From positions 11,160,001 through 11,224,000 of the forward strand of contig NC_043005.1 in NCBI RefSeq assembly GCF_006345805.1: DNA of 64,000 nt, written 5' to 3'. Shown here piece after piece: positions 1-11,775 of this stretch (positions are counted from its first letter, which is position 1; every line of letters begins with the position of its first letter). The notes beneath the pieces are model-generated. The model was given only the letters and a program-made list of their open reading frames with translations. It did no database searches and was not told the origin of the DNA. Position numbers and translations under genes: made by a program. Source of the stretch: Octopus sinensis. Lineage: Eukaryota.

Positions 1-118
1 TCGAGGTCGATAAACTAAGTACCAGTTACGCCCTGGAGTCGATGTAATCGACTTAATACCTATGTCTGTCTTTGTTTGTCCCCTCTATGTTTAGCCTCTT
101 GTGGGTAATAAAGAAATA
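1..118 (+). mobile_element. SINE family A, 3' part (cut by window edge)
   Basis: GGTCGATAAA..AAGTACCAG..GGTCGATGTAATCGAC..AAAGAAATA, same as the full copy at 10583-10815. Confidence 0.85.
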
Positions 119-389
119 GGTTTAGTTATAACGCTGGCGCTTTTGAGCTTTTATACACTCTTGTATTTTTATTTATTTATGTTTTTGCTGGGGAGAAATG
201 AAAAGGAGTGGTCAAAACTTTATCTAGGTGGAGTGGGTGCGTAATTTCGTTTTCTGTTCCTGTCTTTATGTGGATTTTCGTCGTTTGATTTCGAGAAACT
301 TCTGATAAGGGTGTTTGCTTGATGTTGTAGTGTGGGTGTAGTATTTGAAGTTGCTTCTGTGACACGGTGTAGTGTGACGCTTGCTTTTT

Positions 390-430
390 GGATGATGATG
401 ATGATGATATTGATTATGACGACGATGAAG

Positions 431-489
<59 letters not shown>

Positions 490-609
490 TCTATATAACG
501 ATTTAGTGTTAGTTTTGTTGGTTAATATTATGGTTTTCTGTGTTGTTGTTAATAATAATGATGACTTATCGTCGTCGTTATCATCATCATCGTCATCATC
601 ATCATCATC

Positions 610-644
<35 letters not shown>

Positions 645-766
645 TATCATCATTGTCATCATCATCACCATCGTCGTCGTCGTCGACATCATCGTCGTCT
701 TTGTCGTTGTCGACGTCGTCCGTATCATCATCGTCATCATCATCATCCTCATCATCATCATGATCA

Positions 767-806
<40 letters not shown>

Positions 807-823
807 CCATCACCATCATCACC

Positions 824-857
<34 letters not shown>

Positions 858-904
858 CCACCACCACCACTACCACCACCATCATCATCATCATCATCAT
901 CATT

Positions 905-936
<32 letters not shown>

Positions 937-947
937 CATCATCATCA
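390..947. repeat. Compound trinucleotide microsatellite (GAT)n/(CAT)n/(CAC)n
   Basis: Direct reading; explains all poly-M/H/D/S ORFs here. Confidence 0.95.
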
Positions 948-1385
948 TTTCTTTGCTCGGTTGTTTGATGTTGGATTTTTATTTCGGATTTGTGTGGGGG
1001 TTTTTTTTTTTATTGTGTATGAGGTTGTCTCTATTTATTATCATAATTTTTTTTAAAGAGATTGGCTGTTTCTAAGCGTAATTGGGGTATATATATATTT
1101 TTATATCTCTCTTTTTTTTTTTTAAAAAACTATCTTTTCATATTTTCTTATAGGAATATGTTGTTTATAACAATTCTATTTCCTTGAATGCATCTACCAC
1201 ACTTTCATTTGGCACTTGTTTAGTTGCTGAATGCTGAAAACCTTCATTCTACTTCCTAACGGAACTCATTTCATTGTGCTTTTTTTTCAAAAACCATTTA
1301 CATAGCATACATACACAAAGATATGATATTGAAAATACGCATATACACACAAATACACATCTTTCACATTATTTACAGTTGACGG

Positions 1386-1776
1386 GTGGAGGCGTAATGG
1401 CCCAGTGGTTAGGGCAGCGGACTCGCGGTCATAGGATCGCGGTTTCGATTCCCAGACCGGGCGTTGTGAGTGTTTATTGAGCGAAAACATCTAAAGCTCC
1501 ACGAGGCTCCGGCAGGGGATGGTGGTGACCCCTGCTGTACTCTTTCACCACAACATTTTCTCACTCTTTCTTCCTGTTTCTGTTGTACCTGTATTTCAAA
1601 GGGCCGGCCTTGTCACTCTCTGTGTCACGCTGAATATCCCCGAGAACTACGTTAAGGGTACACGTGTCTGTGGAATGCTCAGCCACTTACACGTTAATTT
1701 CACGAGCGGGCTGTTCCGTTGATTCGGATCAACCGGAACCCTCATCGTCGTAACCGACGGAGTGCTTCCACCACAT
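1386..1776 (+). mobile_element. SINE family C (tRNA-derived), full length
   Basis: A box TGGCCCAGTGG, B box GGTTTCGATTCC; 7-bp TSD TTGACGG; near-identical copies at 11776, 21422 and 51931. Confidence 0.9.
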
Positions 1777-1810
1777 TTGACGGATATTTGTCCTCATCTT
1801 GTTTGTTGTT

Positions 1811-1851
1811 AACACAACGTTTCGGCTGATATACCCTCCAGCCTTCATCAG
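1811..1851 (-). ncRNA. Minimal type I hammerhead motif, inverted copy (5' strand of stem I deleted)
   Basis: Minus strand reads CTGATGA-A-GGCTG-loop-CAGCC-GAAACGT-T-GTGTT. Confidence 0.7.
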
Positions 1852-1869
1852 AGTTCTCATTCCTAAGGG

Positions 1870-1941
1870 CAAATGGCGTAGTAGTTAAGAGCGCGGGCTA
1901 CTAACCTCAAGATTCCGAGTTCTATTCCAGGCAGTGACCTG
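1870..1941 (+). promoter_or_regulatory. tRNA-like Pol III internal promoter head of the hammerhead element
   Basis: TGGCGTAGTAGTTAAGAGC (A box/D arm, 1874) and GAGTTCTATTCC (B box, about 1917-1928). Confidence 0.65.
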
Positions 1942-1950
1942 AATAATAAT

Positions 1951-2380
1951 TCTTTCTTTATTCTTTTATTTGTTCCAGTCATTTGACTGCGGCCATGCTG
2001 GAGCACCGCCTTTAGTCGAGCAAATCGACCCTAGGACTTATTCTTTGGAAGCCTAGTACTTATTCTATCGGTTCTCTTTTGCCGAACCGCTAAGTGACGG
2101 GGACATAAACACACCAGCATCGGTTGTCAAGCGATGTTGGGGGGGGGCGGACAAACACAGACACACAAAAAAACACTCACACACATGCACACACACACAC
2201 ACACACATACACATATTTATATACGACAGGCTTCTCTCAGTTTCTGTCTACAAAATCCACTCACAAGGCTTTGGTCAGCACGAGGCTATAGTAGAAGACA
2301 CTTGCCCAAGGTATCACGCAGTGGCACTGAACCCAGAACCATGTGGTTGGTAAGCAAGCTACTTACCACACATTCACTCC
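1951..2380 (-). mobile_element. SINE family B (tRNA head plus CORE-like domain), inserted in the (AAT)n tract
   Basis: Minus strand has head GGAGTG..TGTGTGGTAAGTAGC, CCTTGGGCAAGTGTCTT and family 3' end GCTCCAGCATGGCCGCAGTCAAATGAC. Confidence 0.9.
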
Positions 2381-2427
<47 letters not shown>

Positions 2428-2541
2428 TAATAATAATAATATAATAATAATAATAATAATAATAAGAAGAAGAAGAAGAAGAAGAAGAACTACATCTAAA
2501 AATACCTTAGGAATGAGAACTCAGGTTCGAAATTTCCCCAA

Positions 2542-2587
2542 AACACCTGATGAAGGCTGGAGTGTATATCAGCCGAAACGTTCTGTT
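2542..2587 (+). ncRNA. Minimal type I hammerhead motif
   Basis: AACAC-CTGATGA-A-GGCTG/CAGCC-GAAA; palindromic stem III ACGT; cleavage after T2582; one stem I mismatch (C2583, G in the inverted copy). Confidence 0.75.
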
Positions 2588-3275
2588 AACAACAAACAAG
2601 ATGAGGACAAATATCCGTCAAATGTAAATAATGTAAATAATGTAAATAATGTAAATAATGTACATAATTCCTCATCTCTTAAATATAGAAATGTACACAT
2701 CTTTCAGTTAATTATTAAGAAACTGTCGTGGTAAATATTACTTTACAATAACTATGTAGCTATTCAGTATTTTATTTCCTTCCTCTCGTCTTTAATCTCT
2801 TGCGCCATCTTTGTTGCTACTCGGCTTTAAATCAGTCGTGAATGTTTCGTCTTGTGTTCAATGTTTCTTGATCTACACTATCCCGTGTGTCCTTCATGTT
2901 TTTAAGACAGCAGGGTGTAACTTGTGGAGGATTTCGTTTTTGGTTCTAGCAGATCGGGAGATCAAGTAGAGACTTCTTTATTATCTTGTGAATTCTCTTG
3001 TTGTTGCTGTTGTTGTTGTTGTTGTTGTTGTTGTCTGATCCCAGGTCAACACCGATAGAGTAGATCTTTGATTAGAAACATTCCGGCCATGACCAACACC
3101 TATGCGCCAAGTAATGTCTAACACAGCACTACTTCATCTGTTCTTTTCTGTTTTAAGACTGTAGGAGTGTGATTTGAGGGGTATACCAATGTTATTCCCA
3201 GTATGTCGCTTACGTTGAATGTCACGTATATACATTGTATATCATATTTCCACGTGACATACATACGTGGAAATA

Positions 3276-3776
3276 TCTTTATATATAAAAGTGAAGTTGT
3301 CTGTCTGTCTCCTACGATTTAGATTCCTAACTACTCCCACATTTAGCGGTGCAGTTTAACCAAAACCGGGTATCTTATAGTCGGGATTCATATCGAGCCC
3401 TTCTGGGTATTAGCGCGCGTCTACGATGAGTCTACGATTTTAAAATTAATTTACCATCATTTTTTTCCATTTTAATGCATTTTTTTCGCTATTATATAGG
3501 GGAAGTAACTCTCTAAAAATGTCTACGATGAGTCAACGATTTAAAAAAAATTTACCATATTTTTTTTTTCATTTTTAATGCATTTTTTTCGCTATTATAT
3601 AGGGGAAGTAACTCTCTAAAAATGTCTACGATGAGTCAACGATTTTAAAAAAAATTTACCATATTTTTTTTTTCATTTTTAATGCATTTTTTGCTATTTT
3701 TTGGCTATAACTCTCTAAAAATGCTTATATAGTTATTTCCCTTACAAACCCGAGCAACGCCGGGCGATACTACTTG
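3276..3776 (+). mobile_element. Non-autonomous Helitron with three internal ~100-bp tandem repeats
   Basis: 5' A|TC; 3' hairpin CCCGAGCAACGCCGGG then CTTG|T (CTAG variant); repeats at about 3419, 3522 and 3624. Confidence 0.75.
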
Positions 3777-3792
3777 TATAATATATATTTCC

Positions 3793-4197
3793 ACTTTTTA
3801 CTTTAACTTTTACTTGTTTCAATCATTTGACTGCGGCCATGCTGGAGCACCGCCTTTAGTCGAGCAAATCGACCCAAGGACTTATTCTTTGAAAGCCTAG
3901 TACTTATTCTATCGGTCCCTTTTGCCGAACTGCTAAGTTACGAGGACGTAAACACACCAGCATCTGTTGTTAAGCGATGTTGGAGAGGGGGACAAACACA
4001 GACACACAAACACACACACACACACATATATATACGACGGGCTTCTTTCAGTTTCCGTCTACCAAATCCACTCACAAGGCTTTGGTCGGCTCGAGGCTAT
4101 AGTAGAAGACACTTGCCCAAGGTGCCACGCAGTGGGACTGAACCTGGAACTATGTGGTTCGTAAGCAAGCTACTTACCACACAGCCACTCCTGCGCC
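3793..4197 (-). mobile_element. SINE family B, full length
   Basis: Family head, CORE-like motif and (GTAAAA)n-type tail. Confidence 0.9.
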
Positions 4198-4489
4198 TAT
4201 GAGGAGTGGCTGTGTGGTAAGTAGCAACACTATTTATTAATAAGTTTTTAAAGTATATCAGGCATGAGAATACAATATAGACTCAGTAAACTACATATAA
4301 CAGTATTCCTCAAGACTTCCTATCTTCCAAGTATGAAAAATCGACCTTCCTCAATGTTTGGAATATTTGAAAATATTAAAGAGATGTGGATGCGTTGTCT
4401 ATAGTAATGCAGTGTTTGGCTATTATAGAGATGTGTTCTATGGTGATATAGAGACGTGGTCTATAGAAATTCAGTGTTTGGTTTTATGC

Positions 4490-4620
4490 CAGGGTCGACT
4501 TTGCCTTTCATCTTTTCGGGATCGATAACAATAAGTAGCAGTTACTCACTGGAGCCGATGTAATCGACTGGTCCCTTCCATATAAATTTCAAGCCCTGTG
4601 CCTACAGTGGAAAGGATTAC
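4490..4620 (+). mobile_element. SINE family A fragment with alternative tail
   Basis: GGTCGACTTTGCCTTTCATC domain followed by AAATTTCAAGCCCTGTGCC tail. Confidence 0.65.
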
Positions 4621-4627
4621 ATATATG

Positions 4628-4669
<42 letters not shown>

Positions 4670-5584
4670 TCTTTATGTGTGTATATCAATAGATTTTTTT
4701 AAGGTGATCTATCCGCCCCTTTTTCCCTTTCTTAATTGACAAAAATTTTGATGGGAATACTCCAGCAGTATTCCTTGAGTAGGTGCTTATGTATGTATGT
4801 ATGTATGTATGTATGTATGTATGTATGTATGTATGTATGTATGTTTGTATGTATGTACGCACGTATGTATGTATGTATGTATGTACGCACGTATGTATGT
4901 ATGTATGTACGCACGTATGTATGTTTGTATGTATGTATGTGTGTATGAATGTATGTTTGTATGTATGTGTGTATGTATATAGGTATGCACGCATGTATGT
5001 ATATATGCGTGTGCGTGTAGTTTCTAGGTATACAATGTTTGGCTATATAAAGTGACTTGTTCTATAGCGACGCAGATATGTGGTCTGTAGAGATATAATG
5101 ACTGGCTTTATATAGACATATGTCATATAGAGACAGAGACATGTGATCTGTAGGGATGCAATGTTTGGCTAAATATAGAAATGTGTTCCACAGCGCTATA
5201 GATATATATAGTCTCACTTTAGAGTTACACTGTTTAGCTGCATACAGAGACGAGGTGAACACGAGAAATCATTTCAGACTGTGGAGACTATTAAGATTTT
5301 GGATGTGTGAGAATTTAAGGAAATTGTGTTCAGATCAGTGGTGGATATGTCTTTCTATGTCTAGTAGTAGTAGTAGTATTGCTTAGTTGAAGAGGAAGTA
5401 TTTGTTGATTCTAATCTAAATTAATATTTAGAAGGAATAAATAGCTGCGACTACTACGCGGTTTCAGTCATTGATTACTGTAATTTCCTTTTGATTACGA
5501 TGCTAAAATCCCTGAAGAATGATACAAAGTCTTTACCTTATTTTATTCCCCAAGAATATATAATTCGAATTTGTTTATTTCCAT

Positions 5585-5741
5585 GGCGTGACTGTTGTGG
5601 TAGGAAGCTTGTTTCCCAACCGCATGATCCCAGGTTCAGTCCCACTGCGTTGCACCTTGGGCAAGTGCCTTCTACTATAGCCTCGGGCCGACCAAAGCCT
5701 TGTGGTTGGATATGGTAAACGGAAACTGAAAGAAGCCCGTC

Positions 5742-5830
<89 letters not shown>

Positions 5831-5996
5831 GTGTGTTTGTCCCCACCATCATCGTCATCGCTTGACAGCGGTTCAGCAAAAGAGACCGATAGAATAGATA
5901 CCAGCCTTACAAAGAATAAGTCCTGGAGTAGATTTCTTCGACTGAAAGGTGGTGCTCCAGCATGGCTGCTGTCAAATGGCTGAAACAAGTAAAAGA
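5585..5996 (+). mobile_element. SINE family B with internal (TA)n
   Basis: Family motifs, moderately diverged. Confidence 0.85.
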
Positions 5997-6284
5997 CTCC
6001 GAACTTACGAAGGAAGGCCCTACCTGATTTCCGAGCATGAGAGAATTGAAACCTGAATCTTCTTTGAACTACACCCTACCATTTTTGATAGAAGTGTCGT
6101 GTTGATACACGGCCACACAAGGAATTATACCTCTGCCCCCACAGACCGTGGTTTCCGCAGGTTTAAAGGTCCAATGGTTAATGTATGTATGCTGCTGTTT
6201 GCTCTCAGTAAATAAAAATCGATTGGACTCAGTGCGTTGTTTTGCTCTGAGTTCCTATAATGCTGTTATGGGGATCCTGCTACG

Positions 6285-6790
6285 TATATAGAAAAAGTCT
6301 GGTTGCGGCTGATCAATTTCGATTAGAAGACTGTCGTGTTTGTTCAAATCACTGACCTGTTGGTAACCACCAGCACCATATATAACATCATTATCATCAT
6401 CAGCAGCAACAGCCGTCCAAGAATTTGGACCTGGAGATCTCCATTTCCAGCGACTTCGAGGGCCACCTCCCAGTGGTGTCGGGCGTCAACGAAGAACCCT
6501 CGACTACAACAAGACGACCAAAGTTTTTGTTTTTTCCTCAAGGTCTGGGGTCTCCCGCCATTAAGCCCTAGACCATCACCTAATCACGCTTACCCGTCTT
6601 GTTGCTTAACAACAACAACAACAACAGCAGCAGCAGAAGCAGTCGCATTAAAAACCACCACCACCACCACCACCACCACCACCGCCGCCACCACCACCAC
6701 CACCACCACCACCACTACCACCACCACCACTCTCTGAATTCGACTTTTTTCCAGTTGCTTCTTGTCTGTACAGTAGAATATGGTGAATAG
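6285..6790 (+). other. GC-rich unique segment; possible core promoter plus exon
   Basis: TATATAGA at 6285 and Inr-like TCAATTT 30 nt downstream; stop-free frame 6386-6571 (HHYHHQQQQPSKNLDLEISISSDFEGHLPVVSG) with G/C-rich third positions; no ATG and no recognised homolog. Confidence 0.25.
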
Positions 6791-7422
6791 ATCCAAGTAC
6801 CATTTGCAAACCGAAGATTTATTTCAGAACTTATTTGCGTAGGACCACACACACACAACACACACACACACACATATCTTAGCAACTCAACTGTGTTTTC
6901 AATCTTCACTCATTGAATAACAAAGAAACACCGTTACTCTATCTTCTAACCATAATTTCAACACCGTTGTTTCCTTCTCCTTAATAAATCCCAAAAAAAC
7001 TAACATATATTTTCGGCAAGCTACCAATATCTTTCTGTCAAGGTTCGTCTTTGTACTCCTAAAGCGTCACGTTTCTTTTCTCCTTTATGCTACGATGGCC
7101 ACCCTCTTGCTCCCCCGCAGCTGTTTTCTTTAACACAAACGTAAAACCCAATCGGGAACTGTATGAGGTGTGTGTGGGTGGTTGTAGTGGTGGTGGTGGG
7201 ATGAAGAGCTGCCGAAATATACCTTATGTGAATGTAAAAACCATCGCTGTTGCTTTTGCTTCGCAGTAAAGCTATATCCCACCCTCGCTGTAATGTTATA
7301 TGCTGTCAACTACCAGGCAAGTTTATCTAGAGGAAACTCGAACAGACAGACTTATCATTGCATGTTATTATTTCACTTCTTTTGTAATAAGGAATAGATG
7401 AGCAGATTAAGAAAGCAGGACT

Positions 7423-7424
<2 letters not shown>

Positions 7425-7464
<40 letters not shown>

Positions 7465-7623
7465 GAGGAGGAGGGAGAAAGAGAGAGAGAGAGACAGGAG
7501 AAAAGAGAAAGTGAAAATGAGAGAAAGAGATAGACATATATCCAGAGTGATAAAGAATTCGATTTTTGTATTTCTTGTTTGTGGTCAGTCTACACATACA
7601 CACATACACACATACACACACAT

Positions 7624-7668
<45 letters not shown>

Positions 7669-7776
7669 CACAAACGCACTCACGAATCCACCCCCACCCC
7701 ACGCATACACACACATACTCGTATGTAAATGCAAAACACATACACACGCAGCCACATATACTTGTAGGCGAGAGAG

Positions 7777-7811
<35 letters not shown>

Positions 7812-8150
7812 AGAATGAGGGACGGAGAGAGAGAGTGGGAAGAGGGAGAGAGAAGAGAGGGAGAGAGAGAGAGGGGGGAGAGAGGAGAGAGGAGAGAGAG
7901 AGCGGAGAGAAGAGAGGAGAGAGAGTGAGAGGAGAGAGGAGAGGGAGAGGAAGAGAGAGAAAGAAAGAAGGAGGGAGGAGGAGTGGGAGGGGAGGAGAGG
8001 GAGAGAGAGAAAGAAAAGAGAGAGAGGAGAGAGAGATGAGAGCGAGCGAGAGAGAGCGAGCGAGAGGAGAATAGAGAAAGGAAAAAAGAGAGAGGGAGAG
8101 AGAGAGAAGAGGGGAGAGAGAGAGAGAGAGAGAGACAGAGATGAGAAATA
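7425..8150. repeat. (GA)n polypurine and (CA/TA)n compound microsatellite
   Basis: Direct reading. Confidence 0.9.
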
Positions 8151-9182
8151 AATGGAGAGATTAGGAGGCAAAGCGAACGAGAAAAAGCTTTATCTCTAAC
8201 CGAAAATAAACAAACAGGCTACTAAATCTGTATCTGATTTCTGATAAGCTCTTAGAAACTGTTGTAGCAGTCTATTTTACAATGTTCAGTTTTTCCTTTA
8301 CACGTCGGCACCAGGCAGTGCAGCCATATTGGATAGTGTTGTATAAAAACTAAACTGGAAACTAAACTCTGTCTTATATACACAAGGGATGTTGATGTGT
8401 ATGAGTTGTTTATAACAAGGGAAAACAGCCTGGATTTTAAACTTTCTTCTGTTATGTATCTGTCAGTAAAACAGAACGAAAGTATCGTTAATTGTGCCCA
8501 AAATTTAGTTTATATTTCTCGAGTTTCAGTCTGATCGCTAAATTTACAGACCGCTACACTTGCCCAGATGTCAAACATTTGTAATTGCGCTCAAGATTCC
8601 CAAACCTAAAATCAATATGAATTGGGAATAAAAAAAAAGAAGGGTAATTATGTTTTGGTTTTTCACTATTAGTTGGCTTTGTTGTTGTTGCTACTGACGT
8701 TGTTGTTGCTGCTGCTGCTCTTGTTGTTGCTACGTCTTTCCAGGTTAACACAAACCGAACAAACATAAAACCAAAGACACTTAATCCGTCTTGTGACGGG
8801 TGTCAAGGACTACATTATATTTATTCTTAGTATAAAGTCTTCTGTTACAGAGCAAAGAGCTCACGTTTTGGAGGAAGGTAACAATAGATTAGATTAACCA
8901 CAGTACATGACAGAATCAAAGGCAAAACTGACCTCAGTGGAATTTGAACTCGGAATCGGAATGTGAAGAGACAATAAATACTGGAAGGCATTTTGTCCGA
9001 TGCGCTAATGATTCCGCCATTACCCGCTTTTTGATTTGCATTATATTGATTAGAAATAGTGGCCACTGTTGTCATAATTTTGGTTGCTTTTTATTGGCTG
9101 GCCCGGGCTGAAATTATAATAAGAAACTTAGCTCTTGATTTAATGAGAAATTTTTACTGAGACCCAGCAACGAACAACAAGC

Positions 9183-9222
9183 ACTAGCACTAGACCCGGC
9201 AACGCCGGGTCATAGTGCTAGT
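9183..9222. other. 18-bp hairpin ending in CTAG|T, like a Helitron 3' terminus
   Basis: ACTAGCACTA-GACCCGGC-AAC-GCCGGGTC-A-TAGTGCTAGT. Confidence 0.55.
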
Positions 9223-9903
9223 TAGAATTAAATTCGTTGCGAGAGGGTTTTTTTATGCGAATACTAACCCCTACCTAATACCATGTAAAAGTTGGGTTCC
9301 TTATTAAAATAAATCAATATGAATTGTGTATAAAACGATTACGAAAGACAAATATCTGAAATCATAAAATCCTTTTTGAAAATATGTCTTCACCTGAACC
9401 CGTTTATGAACTATCAATGCTACCTCCAGGCATTCTGGCTTCTCAGATGTATTATAATATTATCTATGAGAATCATAACACAAATAAACTTAGCTTATCT
9501 TATCAGTATCTTCAAGATTTCCTGGAAGACTAATCCACTTATAAGCCAAACGGATGTTTTATATGTATTATTTTTAACACACACACACACACACACACCG
9601 CACATATGTAACCTCTTCTTATATCTATCTCCCTTTCTTTCTTTCCTTCTCTCTCTCTCTCTCCCTCTCCGTCTCTCGTTTTATTTCTCCCACAAACACA
9701 CGCACATACACGAACACATATGGGTGGATAGAGTTCCGTTGTTTTCGACGATGAGTACTAATCTCTGTCAAATGAATCACTCGCTAATTGCGTTAGCGTG
9801 CAAATGGCGGCACATTTCACCCCATCTCCTGAACCCCTTCCTACACACACATTCACACACGCGTGCACACACAGTCAACACACACACACAAACTACACAC
9901 ATT

Positions 9904-10136
9904 CTGTGTGGTAAGTAGCTTGCTAACCAGCCACATGGTTCCGGGTTCAGTCCCGCTGCGTGGCATCTTGGGCAAGTGTCTTCTGCTATAGCCCCGTCTA
10001 CCAAATCTACTCACAAAACATTGGTCGGCCCGGGGCTATAGCAGAAGACACTTGCCCAAGGTGCCACGCAGTGGGACTGAACTCGGAACCATGTGGTTGG
10101 TTAGCAAGCTACTTACCACACAGCCACTCCTGCACC
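9904..10136. mobile_element. Fold-back of two SINE B 5' halves
   Basis: 9904-9996 (+) pairs with 10031-10123 (-), 34-nt loop. Confidence 0.85.
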
Positions 10137-10582
10137 TTTACAATCAGATCATTCATAATTGAGATGACCTATATTCATAGTCGTGACTATCCTGTATTTT
10201 TTGTTATGGGTAAGGAACCCATGACCACATTATTTAATATGTCTTTTACTAAGACGGTATTTTCTCAGGTGTTAGCCCAAAATAAGTACAGGTAAATATC
10301 GAGTGAGGTATCAATGCCTAATACCTGAAGGATGATCAAGACTAGTGTTGACTCTAGACACATTCCATGACTATAGAGGTAAAAAAAAACCCCAATAAAA
10401 AATGATTTCCAAATGTTAGTCTTTCAGTGTTTCAATCAAGAAATTTGGTTGGACATACCAAGTCAATGAGAAAATCTCTTCGAGACCATTCGAAATGCTG
10501 GAAACAGCAGTCAAATCGCCCTCGATTCACATACTGCCATCTTAACGATGACACATTAAGGTATGCTATATTTGAACAAAAA

Positions 10583-10815
10583 TGGCGGTGAGCTGGCAGA
10601 AACGTTAGCGCGCCGGGCGAAATGCTTAGCGGTATTTCGTCTGTCGTTACGTTCTGCGTTCAAATTCCGCCGAGGTCGACTTTGCCTTTCATCCTCTCAG
10701 GGTCGATAAATAAAGTACCAGTTTCGCACTAGGGTCGATGTAATCGACTTAATCCCTTTGTCTGTCCTTGTTTGTCCCCTCTATGTTTAAGCCCCTTGTG
10801 GGCAATAAAGAAATA
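10583..10815 (+). mobile_element. SINE family A monomer (tRNA head plus Meta/MESC-like central domain)
   Basis: A box TGGCAGAAACG, B box GTTCAAATTCC, GGTCGACTTTGCCTTTCATCC domain; 16-bp TSD TATATTTGAACAAAAA. Confidence 0.92.
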
Positions 10816-11159
10816 TATATTTGAACAAAAAAAGAAATAGGATAGTCATGTCTGAATTGCCTTGGGTTATAAGTATGCTCAATCAGATACGACATGAAGC
10901 TAAACCCCACCACCACCACCACTAACAACAGCATATAGCGCCATATTGTATAAACTAACAAGTTCTCAGTGATAGGAATCTAAGTCAGAGTAATGGCCTA
11001 TCAAACAAATATTGGGAAGATCATGACATGAAACAACTGTTACTCATTTTCTTTATTGCTGCTGTTAATTGTTAAATCCATGACATTGGATAGATTTATG
11101 TGCAATAGAGAGAAGATTCTGAAGATTCAGCATTAAGCCTTCGCCAGTATAAAAAGAGA

Positions 11160-11235
<76 letters not shown>

Positions 11236-11775
11236 AAGAAAAGGTAAATATTGCAAACAGTCTCTTTCAGATGAAGGATCCATCCCTTAATATCGATGCT
11301 GTCTTCCATAATATACAGAACTGATCAAAATTCACGAACTTCAATATAAAATGTTTGAAGACGAAAGCAGGCCAACACATATTTCAGCGGACTATCACTT
11401 TTTACTAGGAAGTAATTGTATTAATTACTTGTCGATAAAAACTCTTAATTAGTGACGTTTAACTCATGTGATTTAAATAACAAACTATTAAATATTAGAT
11501 ATTAGATATTTCTTAAATGAAACTAAACTAGAAAACAGGTGGAATATTAAAGCAGGAGCAGTTATTGATATAATATTAAAAGGTTACTTAACTAAATGTA
11601 AACTCTGTTACCTTGGAATACAGTTGAGAGACGTTAAAGAAGCGAGGTGCCCATAACAGATCTGTGTGTGTGATTTTATGCACCAAGTGCCTATGTGAGA
11701 GGATCTTAATAACGCAATATTCGGTTCTCTAACAAGGCATCCATTTTAAGTTGAATATAACGATTACCTTTTGGT

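Larger units (their letters stand above)
1367..2693 (+). mobile_element. Non-autonomous tRNA-headed hammerhead retroelement with 5' inverted arm (Penelope-parasite-like), interrupted by two SINE insertions
   Basis: 13-bp TSD TACACATCTTTCA (1354-1366, 2694-2706); inverted arm 1366-1385 plus 1784-1869 versus 2506-2635; A/B boxes; (AAT)n; hammerhead core. Confidence 0.8.

Noticed and set aside
177-1056. Long poly-Met/His/Asp/Ser ORFs
   Set aside because: Translations of trinucleotide microsatellites, open in many frames on both strands.
1470-1722. Recurrent small ORFs (MVVIPAVLFHH..., IYDGLLSVSVYQIHSQGFG...) resembling a gene family
   Set aside because: They recur because they lie inside SINE families B and C.
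4380-5260. Loose repeats of TGTTTGGCT/TCTATAG motifs
   Set aside because: A decayed minisatellite interrupted by a SINE and microsatellites; no regular structure.
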